Source: an uncultured archaeon (lineage in GTDB: Archaea > Thermoproteota > Nitrososphaeria > Nitrososphaerales > Gagatemarchaeaceae). Taken from it: a stretch of 64,000 bases of DNA. The position numbers were made by a program, and so were the translations under genes. Under the pieces are notes generated by a model that saw only the letters and a program-made list of their open reading frames with translations, did no database searches and was not told where the DNA came from. The stretch is from NCBI GenBank assembly GCA_963817525.1, contig CAWFOU010000001.1, positions 256,001 through 320,000 on the forward strand, given 5' to 3'. This document shows positions 49,416-59,278 of the stretch, piece by piece (position 1 is the first letter of the stretch; each line of letters starts with the position of its first letter).

Positions 49416-50267
49416 TTGATAAATTCTGCCGGGACCGGGAGGACAGGAATGTTCGCCGACAGGGTCAGGCAGACGCCCGCGAGCAAGGTCGCGCTCATCG
49501 CCATCACGGCGGCGCTCTATGCGGTGGCGAAGGGCCTCACCGCGTTCATCCCGACCCCCTTCGGGGTGGGGCAGTTCCTGCTGTTCATCTTCGTCCCCGC
49601 CTTCTTCGCGATCACGGGGGACACGCTCTCGGCCGCCACCGGCGCGGCGATCGGCACCTTCCTCGGGGACACCATCTTCCTCACGCCCCTGGGGCAGACG
49701 AACCCCGCGCTCTCGCTCGTCTCGGGCGTACCCGGGAACTTCATCGCCTTCCTGCTCTACGGCTACCTCGTCAAGAAATACCGTTCGTGGCCCGCCTTCA
49801 TCTCGAGCACCGTCCTCTGCCTCACGCTCGGCAACCTCATCGTCTCAGTGCTCGTCGTGGAGTTCGCGGCAAAGGTCTTCCTCCCGGCCTTCGCGAGCAT
49901 AGTCGCGAAGTACGGCGTCGTCAGCCTCATCCTGGGGTACACCCTATTCTGGACGGGCACGATGGTCCCCGCCGTGGTGATCGCGATCCCCCTGCTTCTC
50001 AGGGCGCTCAAGCCGCTCTTCGGGCGCTCAAGCATCCTCAGCTACTACCCAGAGTGGTCAGACTACGAGGTCAGGCGGCTCCTCCCCTTCTCCATCGGGT
50101 ACGCGGTCGCGTTCATCGTCATAGGGGCTGGGTTCTTCGTCCTGCGCTTCAACGTGCTTCAAGGCTGGTCCGTCATCGGGACCTGGATCCTCGTCGCGGG
50201 GGTGGTCCTGGCCATCGTCGGCCCGGTCGTAGGCCTTTTAGCCGGGACCAAGCGACCGGGCACCTAG
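49416..50267 (+). CDS. ECF S-component-like membrane protein
   Basis: VALIAITAALYAV, PTPFGVGQF, GAAIGTFLGD and about 8 TMs; abuts the pantoate kinase gene. Confidence 0.72.
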   Translation: MINSAGTGRTGMFADRVRQTPASKVALIAITAALYAVAKGLTAFIPTPFGVGQFLLFIFVPAFFAITGDTLSAATGAAIGTFLGDTIFLTPLGQTNPALSLVSGVPGNFIAFLLYGYLVKKYRSWPAFISSTVLCLTLGNLIVSVLVVEFAAKVFLPAFASIVAKYGVVSLILGYTLFWTGTMVPAVVIAIPLLLRALKPLFGRSSILSYYPEWSDYEVRRLLPFSIGYAVAFIVIGAGFFVLRFNVLQGWSVIGTWILVAGVVLAIVGPVVGLLAGTKRPGT

Positions 50268-51203
50268 ATGAGGCCGCAGACCGCCCTAGCCTTCGCCCCG
50301 GCCGTAATCTCGAACTTCTTTGCGATTCAGACCGACTCCCTCTCCCTCAGGCCGCCCGACTTCGCCCACGCCGGGGCGACGGGCGGGGGGTTCACGCTCT
50401 CCAAGGGGGTGTACTCGCACGCTTGGGTCGTCAAGAGCTCGGCCCGGGCGGTATCGGTCGCTGTCAACGGGAACGCGAACTACCCTGCCGACACCACGAA
50501 GAAGGCGGTGGAGCTCCTCCTCGAGGCTGCGGGGGGCCGTCCCCATCTCGTCGAGCTCGTCCAGACGGTGGAGGTCCCCATAAAGGCGGGCTTCGGCAGC
50601 AGCTCCGCCTCCGCGCTCTCCGCGGTGATGGCGGTCGCCGCGGCCCTGAAGCTCCCCTTCAGCAGGGAGGAGGTCGCGTCCTTCGCGCACCAGGCGGAGA
50701 TCATGCGGCACACTGGGCTGGGGACCGTCTCCTCCACCTACAAGTTCTCGGGGGCGGCGGTAATAACCAAGGCGGGCGGTCCGGGGCTCGTCAGGATGAG
50801 GCGCGTCGCCGTCCCCCAGGGGGTCCGCGTCGTGACCGCGTTCCTCTCTCTGAAGAAGGGCCACCTCCTCTCGTCCACGAGGATGCGCAATAGGGTCAAC
50901 AGGCTGGGGGAGGCCGCCCTCGAGCAGGCCTCCGACCTGAGCCTCGAGAGTCTCTTGGCCGCGGGGCACGACTTTGCGGAGGGGCTTGGGCTCATGACCC
51001 AGGCGGTCAAGACCCTGGTGGCCGTCTCGCTGGAGAACGGGGCGATTGGGGCGAGCCAGAACATGTTGGGCAACGCGATGCACGCCGTCGTCCGGGACCG
51101 GGACTTTGAGAGGGTCTTCTCCGCGGTCCAGTCGGCGTCGAGGGCCGCCAAGGTGGACTACTTCCACATCGGCGGCAGGACCGCCCGCGTCCTGACCGAA
51201 TGA
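50268..51203 (+). CDS. Pantoate kinase (GHMP kinase family)
   Basis: AFAPAVISNFF, GATGGG, PIKAGFGSSSASAL, AHQAEI..TGLGTV and ASQNMLG. Confidence 0.88.
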   Translation: MRPQTALAFAPAVISNFFAIQTDSLSLRPPDFAHAGATGGGFTLSKGVYSHAWVVKSSARAVSVAVNGNANYPADTTKKAVELLLEAAGGRPHLVELVQTVEVPIKAGFGSSSASALSAVMAVAAALKLPFSREEVASFAHQAEIMRHTGLGTVSSTYKFSGAAVITKAGGPGLVRMRRVAVPQGVRVVTAFLSLKKGHLLSSTRMRNRVNRLGEAALEQASDLSLESLLAAGHDFAEGLGLMTQAVKTLVAVSLENGAIGASQNMLGNAMHAVVRDRDFERVFSAVQSASRAAKVDYFHIGGRTARVLTE

Positions 51204-51277
51204 TTCGTCGGACATCGCTCGATGCTTAGGCTTATATCGCCTTCTCGCACCAGCGTAAGCTAGTCGGAGTCCGCAGA

Positions 51278-54200
51278 ATGGGTTATATTCGAAGGCTCGA
51301 AGTAAAGGGTTTCAAGTCCTTCGGCCCTCGCCCGCTCACAATCACGTTCGAACAAGGGCTGAACGTAGTGACGGGACCCAACGGGAGCGGCAAGTCCAAT
51401 ATCGCGGACGCGATCTTGTTCGCGCTGGGGGAGAACTCGCCCAGGACGCTCAGGGCTGCTCAGGGCAGGCTCACCGGCCTCATCTACGACCCCAAGCGCG
51501 AGGCGATAGAGGCCAGGCAGCAGGGGGCTGAGGGCGAGGGGGCCGCCGCGGCCGGGGACCGGGCTTTCCCCACGGAGGAGCGCCCGACGAGCTGCAGGGT
51601 GAGCATCCAGATAGACAACCTTGACAGGAAGATACCAGTCGACGCCGACCTCGTCACGCTCACCAGGGAGCTCAGAAACAACGGCGAGAACTCCTACTAC
51701 CTCAACGGGAAAAAATCGACAAAGTCCATGATCGCCGACTTCCTCGAGGTCTCGGGTCTCTCCCCAAGCGGGCTCAACGTCATCCCGCAGGGGGCGGCGA
51801 CGAGGGTCGCCGACCTCACCCCCGACGAGAAGAGGAAGATGATCGAGGACGTCGTCGGGATATCAAAGTTCGACGACAAGAAGGCGGAGGCCCAGAAGCA
51901 GCTCTCCCATGCCGACACCAAGCTCCAGATAGAGCTCGCAAGGACGGGGGAGATGAAGTCCCAGCTCGAGAGGCTCGAGGAGCAGAGGAACGACCTCGTG
52001 AGGTTCAACCAGCTCGAGGGCCAGCTGAGCTGGCTCAAGGCGGTGCAGACCTCGAGGAGGGTGGCCGAGCTGCGCGAGAAGCTCAGCTCAAACAAACGGA
52101 TGGAGGAGGAGCTCACGCTGAAGCTCGAGGAGGTGCGCAAGAGGAAGGAGGAGTTCGAGTCCCGCGCGACCACGCAGACCACGGAGAAGGAGAAGTTCAT
52201 CGTAGAGATAGTCCAGGGGGGTGGCGAGGGGCCGACCAAACTCCGAGACGAGCTGGAGTCGGTCAGGCTCCGTCGCGACCAGCTCACAGGCGAGGTCCAG
52301 AAGCGGGAGGAGAACATCCGGCGCCTGGAGATGGATACGATGCCCACCATGCGGTCGATAGTAGCCGAACGCAAGAAGCTGGTGACCGCGGTGAGCTCTA
52401 CCGTCGACTCCCTCTCCGGGACCAACGAGAAGCTCGAGGCGAGGAGGAAAGACATGGGCGCTCAGCTTCAGGAGCTGCTCGACGCGGAGGAGACGCTCCG
52501 CGCGACCATCGAGCGCAACAGGAAGCAGGCGGAAAGGGTCAGGGCCAAGCTCCAGCAGCTGTCGGAGGAGGTCGCCCCGGTAGGACTAGAGATCAACGCG
52601 GTGCAGGCGAGCCTGGGCGCGGAGAAGAAGAGGGCGGGGGAGCTCGAGGCGAGGGTCAAGAACTTCACGGAGCTGCTTGACAGGCTGGACAACAACTCGA
52701 AGCAGCTCATGGAGCTCCAGACCAAGGAGACCGAGCAGCTCGCGGAGATAGACCAAGACCTCTCGGGGCTGGAGAAGGAGAGGAACCTCATCGAGCAGAG
52801 CATCGGCGCGGCCAGTAAGGTGTTGGACAAGGCCGCAGGAGAGGTGGCTACGCAGTCCGCCAAGGCGGAGTTCTCGGAGGAGCTGAGCTCCGACCGTGTG
52901 GGCCACGGCAGGCTGAGGGAGCTCTGCGAGGGGGGCGGGATCCCCGGCTACATCGGTATGGTCAACCAGCTGATCACCTATCCCTCCCAGTACGCGCGGG
53001 CCTGTTCGGCGGTGATGGACGTGTGGAGCAGCGCGTTCGTCGTCAGCGACGTCAGGTCCATGACCGCCCTGATCAAGGCCGGCAAGAAGCTCGACATCAG
53101 GTCGTTCGCGATAATCCCACTATCGGAGGTGTCGGAGGTCCGCCCCGTCTCCGTCAGCAAGTCGGCCGGGGTCATCGGGCCGCTCTCGACCGTGCTAAAA
53201 GCGGACAAGGAGTACAGGGGAATGATCAACTTCATTGCCGGAGACACGGTCCTGGTGGAGTCCGAGGGGATCGCGTACATCCTCGCCTCTGAGGGTTTCA
53301 AGACCGTGACGCCTGATGGCGAGATCTTCGAGCTGGGCGGGAGGGCCTTCGCCTTCGGGCTGCGCGACGCACTCTCCAAGGTGCTCGAGGCACTCGAGGA
53401 CATCGAGAACGTGGGAGAGGTCCAGGGCGCTGTGAAGGCCCTCAGGTCAGCGATAGAAAAGAGGAAGCAGCAGATGTCCTCCCTCGAGAACGACGACAAG
53501 ACACTGACCAAGGACCGCGTGAAGAAGATCGCCTCGGTGGCCGCGTTGAGGGCGGAGGCGGAGACGGTGGTGAGGCTCTCAAAGCGCTACAGGGCGATGC
53601 ACCGCTCGATCAACCAGGACTTTGAGGGCCAGCTCAGGGCGGTCGAGAGGCTGGAGAGGCGCGAGGCCTCCCTCCAGCTCAAGAAGGACGCGATGACCAC
53701 CGAGGTGACGCTCCTCAAGGAGGGGCTCGCGGAGCAAGAGTCTCTCGGCCTCGACGGACACATGGCGGAGATCGAGGGGGCGAGGAACGACCTCAACCTT
53801 CAGCTCAACGAGCTCTCGGCCAAGATATCCGAGATCCACCTCTCCTTCACCCGAGAGAGGGCGAACCTCGAGCAGATGGTCGTCCCCAACCTTGAGCGCG
53901 TGAGGCAGGACCTGGAGGCGAGCGAGATGCAGTACGAGTCCGACAGGCAGTTCGTCATCGCCTCGAGGAAGGAGCTCACCGAGCTCAACCACAGGTTCGC
54001 CGACCTCGACTCACAGCTCCTGAAGGTCCTCGACTCGTCGACCAACAGCAGGCCCGTCCTAGAGGAGTTCGACAACAAGATCAGGCGCCTAAGAGAGGAG
54101 GCCGCCGCCGCTGAGCGCTCCGCCTTCAACACAGAGAAGGAGATCTTTGCCCTCCAGCAGAGCGCGATATCGCTCCAGGACAAGGTCGCGGAGCAGCTCA

Positions 54201-54901
54201 GCAGCCTCAGGTTCTACGGCTACGAAGAGGTGCTCGAGGTCTTCGAAGGCAGCGAGCACCTGCTCTCGCAGGTGGAGTTCGAGCACGAGGGCCTCGCCAG
54301 GACCGTGAACAAGAGCTCCGAGAGGGACTATGGGGCTGTCTACGACAGCTACAGGAACCTCTCCCAGAGGATAAACGAGCTCGAGCAGGAGAGGAACTCC
54401 ATCGTGAGGTTCATCGAGAGCGTCGACGCGGAGAAGCGCAAGGTCTTTGCCAGCGCCTTCGGGACGATCAACCAGGAGTTCGCGCAGACCTTCAAGACCC
54501 TCACCAGCGGAGACGCTTGGCTCGAGCTCGAGAACAAGGACGAGATATTCACGGGCGGGATATACATGATGGCGAGCTTCAGGGGCAAGCCCGCTTGGGA
54601 GTCCTCCTCCATGTCGGGCGGAGAAAAGTCGGTCACGGCCGTCGCCCTCATCCTCGCGATACAGAAGGTCAACCCCCACCCGTTCTACCTCTTCGACGAA
54701 ATCGACCAGAACCTTGACCAGGCGAACTCCCAGAGCCTCGCCAGCTTCTTCAAGGAGAGGTCCCAGCAGTCCCAGATAATCGTGGTCTCCCTCAAGGACA
54801 CGATGGTGGCCGGGAGCGGCATCGCGTACGGGGTCTACAATGTCGCAGGCATCTCGAGGATAGTCCGCGCGAAGATGGAGGTGCAGGTCAAGAGTGGTTG
54901 A
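51278..54901 (+). CDS. smc: Chromosome partition protein SMC
   Basis: GFKSF, GPNGSGKSN, long coiled coils with hinge, MSGGEKS and FYLFDEID. Confidence 0.97.
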   Translation: MGYIRRLEVKGFKSFGPRPLTITFEQGLNVVTGPNGSGKSNIADAILFALGENSPRTLRAAQGRLTGLIYDPKREAIEARQQGAEGEGAAAAGDRAFPTEERPTSCRVSIQIDNLDRKIPVDADLVTLTRELRNNGENSYYLNGKKSTKSMIADFLEVSGLSPSGLNVIPQGAATRVADLTPDEKRKMIEDVVGISKFDDKKAEAQKQLSHADTKLQIELARTGEMKSQLERLEEQRNDLVRFNQLEGQLSWLKAVQTSRRVAELREKLSSNKRMEEELTLKLEEVRKRKEEFESRATTQTTEKEKFIVEIVQGGGEGPTKLRDELESVRLRRDQLTGEVQKREENIRRLEMDTMPTMRSIVAERKKLVTAVSSTVDSLSGTNEKLEARRKDMGAQLQELLDAEETLRATIERNRKQAERVRAKLQQLSEEVAPVGLEINAVQASLGAEKKRAGELEARVKNFTELLDRLDNNSKQLMELQTKETEQLAEIDQDLSGLEKERNLIEQSIGAASKVLDKAAGEVATQSAKAEFSEELSSDRVGHGRLRELCEGGGIPGYIGMVNQLITYPSQYARACSAVMDVWSSAFVVSDVRSMTALIKAGKKLDIRSFAIIPLSEVSEVRPVSVSKSAGVIGPLSTVLKADKEYRGMINFIAGDTVLVESEGIAYILASEGFKTVTPDGEIFELGGRAFAFGLRDALSKVLEALEDIENVGEVQGAVKALRSAIEKRKQQMSSLENDDKTLTKDRVKKIASVAALRAEAETVVRLSKRYRAMHRSINQDFEGQLRAVERLERREASLQLKKDAMTTEVTLLKEGLAEQESLGLDGHMAEIEGARNDLNLQLNELSAKISEIHLSFTRERANLEQMVVPNLERVRQDLEASEMQYESDRQFVIASRKELTELNHRFADLDSQLLKVLDSSTNSRPVLEEFDNKIRRLREEAAAAERSAFNTEKEIFALQQSAISLQDKVAEQLSSLRFYGYEEVLEVFEGSEHLLSQVEFEHEGLARTVNKSSERDYGAVYDSYRNLSQRINELEQERNSIVRFIESVDAEKRKVFASAFGTINQEFAQTFKTLTSGDAWLELENKDEIFTGGIYMMASFRGKPAWESSSMSGGEKSVTAVALILAIQKVNPHPFYLFDEIDQNLDQANSQSLASFFKERSQQSQIIVVSLKDTMVAGSGIAYGVYNVAGISRIVRAKMEVQVKSG

Positions 54902-55550
54902 CGGCGGCATCCTGGCGAGGCCACCGCTCAACCTCCTCATCGACCCCAACGCCGCGAAGAGGAAGAGCCCCTGGGAGATACACATCTCCGAGCTCCTGGA
55001 CATGTTCCTCGAGGCCATCCTAAAGTCCGAGTTCCTCGACCTCAGGGCGGCTGGCACCGCGGCTCTGACCTCCGCGACCATCTACAGGTTCAAGGTCGAG
55101 TCGCTCTTCCTCTTCGAGAAGCTCCAGCGCGAGAGGAGGATAATGGACGCGGTCGAGCCCCCGCAGATCGTCGTCATGCCGTTCAGGTACGAGGTGTACT
55201 CCACCACGGTCGACGAGCTCTTCGACGCCCTCACGAGGATCCTCGAAGAGATAGTCCACAACGACAGGGAGGAGAGCACGGTCTTGCCGTCCCTGCTCGA
55301 GGAGGGCACGCCCCCGAACCCAGAGGACTACCTCATCACGATACTCTCCAACCTCCAGGCGTTCCAGAGGGTGCTGAGGGAGCGCATCGGCGCCTTGGGA
55401 AGGATCAAGTTCTCCGACCTCATCGCCGGGATGTCTCTGATAGAGGCCTCCCGCACGTTCATCCTTCTCCTCTTCTCGGCCAGCAACGGGACCGTCGTCC
55501 TCGAGCAGGGAAGGGAGGGGGACGACCTCCTGGTAATATTGGTGGGCTGA
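54894..55550 (+). CDS. scpA: Kleisin ScpA
   Basis: PWEIHISELL, LDLRAAGTAAL and C-terminal FILLLF..LEQ; lies between smc and scpB. Confidence 0.85.
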   Translation: MVDGGILARPPLNLLIDPNAAKRKSPWEIHISELLDMFLEAILKSEFLDLRAAGTAALTSATIYRFKVESLFLFEKLQRERRIMDAVEPPQIVVMPFRYEVYSTTVDELFDALTRILEEIVHNDREESTVLPSLLEEGTPPNPEDYLITILSNLQAFQRVLRERIGALGRIKFSDLIAGMSLIEASRTFILLLFSASNGTVVLEQGREGDDLLVILVG

Positions 55551-55557
55551 CCGCCAG

Positions 55558-56142
55558 ATGAGCGAACCTCAGCAGCAGGAGCAAGGGGAGGCGCCACAGC
55601 CCGAGCAGGCGGCAAGGCCCAAGGTCAGCGACCAGGAGATAAGGGCGAGGATCGAGGCCGCGCTCTACTCCTCGGGCAGGGCCCTGGATGCCGAGCAGCT
55701 CGCGAGGGCCGCCGGCATCTCGTCCAAGAAGCGGGCGATGGACGAGGCGAAGGCGATCCAGTCGCGGATGAAATCCATGCTCTCTGCGATCGAGGTCGTA
55801 GAGTACCCAGGGCAGAGATACGCCATGCAGCTCAAGGCCGAGTACACCAGCGTCGCTAGGAAGTTCGCCACCAAGCCGCTCCTCTCCAAGGCCGCCCTCC
55901 GCACCCTATCTTTCATCGCGTACTTCCAGCCCATCACCAGCGCCGACCTGGCGCTGAGGCGGGGGTCCCAGGCCTACGACCACCTGAAGGACCTCGAGGA
56001 GGTGGGGTTCCTGGCCTGGGAGAGGAAGGGGAGGTCGAAGCTCTACAGGACCACCACGGAGTTCTCCGAGTACTTCGGCCTGAGCGTCGACCCACAGACG
56101 CTGAAGCACCAGCTCGAGAGGCGCGCCCTCATCCTCAGGTAG
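55558..56142 (+). CDS. scpB: ScpB
   Basis: IEAALYSS, LSKAALRTLSFIAYFQPIT and YRTTTEFSEYFGL. Confidence 0.92.
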   Translation: MSEPQQQEQGEAPQPEQAARPKVSDQEIRARIEAALYSSGRALDAEQLARAAGISSKKRAMDEAKAIQSRMKSMLSAIEVVEYPGQRYAMQLKAEYTSVARKFATKPLLSKAALRTLSFIAYFQPITSADLALRRGSQAYDHLKDLEEVGFLAWERKGRSKLYRTTTEFSEYFGLSVDPQTLKHQLERRALILR

Positions 56143-56196
56143 CGTTTGAAGGAAAGGCTTAACACCCTCCCCAAGCGGGAGTCGCCAGAACTCGAC

Positions 56197-56580
56197 TTGG
56201 TCAAGGCAGTGGAGAACCTAAAGAAGAGGAAGCTCACAGGCGGAAAGAGGCGCCAGTTCCGAGGCCGCAAGGCGTGCGAGACGGACGACTACGCCTTCGA
56301 GACCGCGGTCGGCGAGACCGTGAGCTCCCACAAGAGGACCAGGGGAGGCAGCTGGAACTTCGGGCTGCGATACACCAACCAGGCCAACGTCTTCGACCCG
56401 TCGACCAGCAAGACCGTGAAGACCGAGATCGTCCGCGTGACCGCGAACCCCGCCAACAGGGAGTATGAGCGCAGAGGAGTGATCACGCGCGGCGCGACCA
56501 TCGAGACCAAGCTCGGCAAGGCCAAGGTGACCTCAAAGCCGAGCGACGACGGAGTGGTCAACGGCGTCCTCATCAAGTAA
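56197..56580 (+). CDS. rps8e: 30S ribosomal protein S8e
   Basis: KRKLTGG, RTRGG, NPANREYERRGVITRGATIET.LGKAKVTSKP..DGVVNGVL. Confidence 0.96.
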   Translation: MVKAVENLKKRKLTGGKRRQFRGRKACETDDYAFETAVGETVSSHKRTRGGSWNFGLRYTNQANVFDPSTSKTVKTEIVRVTANPANREYERRGVITRGATIETKLGKAKVTSKPSDDGVVNGVLIK

Positions 56581-56643
56581 GCGATACTATATCACACGCG
56601 CCTCTCCGGGCATCGCAGTCGAGCAAGGGTTGGGCGAACCAAG

Positions 56644-56943
56644 TTGAAGGAATACGAGCGCGTGGTCGTCTGGCTCGACTACCTCGACTCCGAGAAGAAG
56701 AGGAGGGAGGGTCGGCGCGTCCCGCTAAACTCCTGCGTCCGCGCCCCCACGCTCGACGAGATGGCCCAGGCCTGCAAGAGGCTGAAGCTCGACGCCCAGC
56801 CCCAGGAGGCATTCCACCCAAAGTCCCCTAGGCGAAAGTCTGGATACGTCTCGATTAAGAAAACGGAGCGAAAACAGCAGGTTATCATGGCAATCGCCCG
56901 CGAAATGTCAAGAATCAGGGGTTCGCAGCCAAAGAAAGTTTAA
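56644..56943 (+). CDS. srp19: Signal recognition particle protein SRP19
   Basis: VVWLDYLDSEKKRREGRRVP, PTLDE and HPK. Confidence 0.93.
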   Translation: MKEYERVVVWLDYLDSEKKRREGRRVPLNSCVRAPTLDEMAQACKRLKLDAQPQEAFHPKSPRRKSGYVSIKKTERKQQVIMAIAREMSRIRGSQPKKV

Positions 56944-56972
56944 AGGCAACCTTTGGGCTCGAACCAAGCCAT

Positions 56973-57197
56973 ATGCAGGAAGTCGGCGAAGTTCTCCACA
57001 GAGCTAAGAGCGGCAGGCTGATAATCCGTCTGGCAGGTCGGGTCGACCCGGGGACGGTCCTGGTGGACTCGAAGGGTAGAAACGCGGCGAAGGTCGTCGA
57101 ACTCATAGGCCCGGTCTCGAGACCCTACGCCTCGGCGGCGCCGGCGTCCGAGCGCGCGGACTCGGGGAAGGACGGCAAGAAGCTCTTCCTCGGGTGA
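56973..57197 (+). CDS. gar1: H/ACA RNP protein Gar1
   Basis: VGEVLH..SGRLII and VVELIGPVSRPYA. Confidence 0.9.
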   Translation: MQEVGEVLHRAKSGRLIIRLAGRVDPGTVLVDSKGRNAAKVVELIGPVSRPYASAAPASERADSGKDGKKLFLG

Positions 57198-57206
57198 CGA
57201 CGCAAA

Positions 57207-58151
57207 ATGTGGGACCCAAATGCAGACAGCGAGCTCTACAGGACTTATTGCCCCAACTGCGGCGACAGGCTCATCGGCGACTCTGAAAAGGCAGAGCAGG
57301 TCTGCCAGGCCTGTGGCTACGTCGCTGCGGCGGGCGCGGACCAAGGGCCCGAGTGGAAGGCGATCGATCTAGAGGAGAAGGGCAAGCGCGTCAGGGTGGG
57401 CTCCCCGACGACGCTCACTCTCCACGACCTGGGCCTGTCCACCGACATCGGGACGGACATGCGCGACTCCCACGGCAAGTACCTCGATCCGACGATGCGC
57501 GCCACCGTGGAGAAGATGAGGAAATGGCAGAGCCGTGTCAGGACGATAAACAGCCAGGAGAGGGGCCTCTCGATAGTGCTCGCGAAGATTACCGAGGTCT
57601 CCGGCAATCTAAACCTCCCCCGCAACGTCGCGGAGACCGCGGCCCACATCTACAGGACCTCGGTCAAGCTCAAGGTCGCGAAGAGCAAGTCGATAATGGG
57701 GATGACCGCTGCCACGGTCTACCTTGCGTGTAGGAAGTGCGGCGTGAGCAGGACCCTCAAGGAGGTCGCCAGGGCGGCCGGGATAGAGAAGGGCTCGGTC
57801 GCGAAATACTACAGGCTGATACTCAAGGATGTCGAGAAGGAGTACGTCCCTCCCGCCTCCGTGGAGAAGCACATCTCGAAGCTCGTCAACCTCGCAAAGA
57901 TCGACCCGCGTGTCGAGCACCTGGCCCTGCTCCTCTCGCGCATGACCAACGACTCCAAGATCTCGAGCGGCAAGGCTCCCGCGGGGCTCGCGGCCGCCTA
58001 CGTCTACATGTCCTCGGTGATGAGAGGGGACCACCTCCCCCAGCGCGAGGTGGCGGAGTTCGCAGAAGTGACCGAGGTAACCGTCAGGAACAGGTGCAGG
58101 GAGCTCCTCGACAATTACATTATAAGGCAGAAGATAGGGTCGGCCGAATAG
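57207..58151 (+). CDS. tfb: Transcription initiation factor B
   Basis: CPNCG..CQACG Zn ribbon, DQGPEW, HDLGLST, two cyclin folds and VTEVTVRNR. Confidence 0.96.
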   Translation: MWDPNADSELYRTYCPNCGDRLIGDSEKAEQVCQACGYVAAAGADQGPEWKAIDLEEKGKRVRVGSPTTLTLHDLGLSTDIGTDMRDSHGKYLDPTMRATVEKMRKWQSRVRTINSQERGLSIVLAKITEVSGNLNLPRNVAETAAHIYRTSVKLKVAKSKSIMGMTAATVYLACRKCGVSRTLKEVARAAGIEKGSVAKYYRLILKDVEKEYVPPASVEKHISKLVNLAKIDPRVEHLALLLSRMTNDSKISSGKAPAGLAAAYVYMSSVMRGDHLPQREVAEFAEVTEVTVRNRCRELLDNYIIRQKIGSAE

Positions 58152-58667
58152 TTGGCAAAGGGCGAGAAGGGCAAGAGCGACAAAGCCGCGAAGAAGGCGG
58201 CGAAGGCTCCTCCCGCTGAGAATCCGGAAGTCAAGCCTGTCGAGAAGAAACCAAAAGTCCTCCAGAGGACAGAGAAGACCGAGGAGGAGCTGGTCGACCT
58301 GACGTCGAGGGTCTACAAGCTCGTGGTCGAGAGGGGCAAGGACGGCGTCCTTCAGAGCGAGATCTGGAAGGAGCTCGGGCTCACCAGCAGGGACGGCTCC
58401 AGGCTGGCGATCAGGCTAGAGAAGCGGGGGATGATCAGGCGGGTGAAGGTCCTAGACGACGGCAGGTGGACCTACAAGCTCACCCCGCTCCGCCTCCCCG
58501 CGAACATCTCCTCGATGGAGGCCGCGCCCTGCATCGTCTGCCCCGTTGAGGCCAAGTGCTCGGTCACCACTGACATCAACCCGCTAACCTGCCCCCTCAT
58601 CGGGCCGTGGGTGTTGAAGGAATACGCCATCTCGAAGACCATAGAAGTAGCGCCCCCGGTAGTCTAA
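58152..58667 (+). CDS. wHTH plus Cys-cluster protein (TFE-beta/RPC34-like)
   Basis: GVLQSEIWKELGLTSRDGSRLAIRLEKRGMI wHTH and PCIVCPVEAKC...P.TCP four-Cys motif. Confidence 0.8.
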   Translation: MAKGEKGKSDKAAKKAAKAPPAENPEVKPVEKKPKVLQRTEKTEEELVDLTSRVYKLVVERGKDGVLQSEIWKELGLTSRDGSRLAIRLEKRGMIRRVKVLDDGRWTYKLTPLRLPANISSMEAAPCIVCPVEAKCSVTTDINPLTCPLIGPWVLKEYAISKTIEVAPPVV

Positions 58668-58673
58668 TCCACG

Positions 58674-59267
58674 ATGAGGCTCGAGGACGCGAAGCGAGAC
58701 CAGTACAGGAGGCTCGCCAGAGAGGAGGGATACAAGAGCAGGGCCGCCTACAAGCTCCTCGAGAACGTGAGGAAGTACAAGCTCATCAAGAGCGGGGACG
58801 TGGTGCTCGACTTTGGGGCCGCCCCGGGCGGGTGGCTTCAGGTCGCCTCCGAGGCCGCGGGGGACAAGGGGCTGGTGGTGGGGGTCGACCTCGAGCCCGT
58901 CGACTTGGACGAGCCTAACATGGTGCTGATCCAGTCGGACGTGAGGTCGCCGGAGCTCCCCCTCAAGCTCGAGAAGGCGCTCCCGAGGAAGGCCGACGTC
59001 GTCCTCTCCGACCTGTCGCCTCAGGTGATGGGGACCTGGGACCTCGACCACTACAGGCAGATCGACATCACCATGGCGGCCGCGGCGTTGATGGGCGGGT
59101 TCCTCCGGAAGGGGGGCAACGCCATGTTCAAGGTCTTCGACGGCGAGAGGTTCGGCGAAGCCAGGGCCACCCTCTCCAAGCAGTTCACAAAGGTCCAGGT
59201 CACAAAGCCCAAGGCGAGCCGGAAGGGGAGCGCCGAGCTCTACCTGGTATGCCTCGGCTTTCTCTGA
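58674..59267 (+). CDS. rlmE: 23S rRNA 2'-O-methyltransferase RlmE/FtsJ
   Basis: GYKSRAAYKL, DFGAAPGGW, VLSDLSP, KVF and KPKASR..SAELY. Confidence 0.95.
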   Translation: MRLEDAKRDQYRRLAREEGYKSRAAYKLLENVRKYKLIKSGDVVLDFGAAPGGWLQVASEAAGDKGLVVGVDLEPVDLDEPNMVLIQSDVRSPELPLKLEKALPRKADVVLSDLSPQVMGTWDLDHYRQIDITMAAAALMGGFLRKGGNAMFKVFDGERFGEARATLSKQFTKVQVTKPKASRKGSAELYLVCLGFL

Positions 59268-59278
59268 CCCGCGCGGCC

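Noticed and set aside
51496-51590. Extra ~25 aa (AIEARQQGAEGEGAAAAGDRAFPTEE) in the SMC head, considered as a second intron
   Set aside because: It is in frame, low-complexity and in a variable loop, and I could not find a BHB fold.
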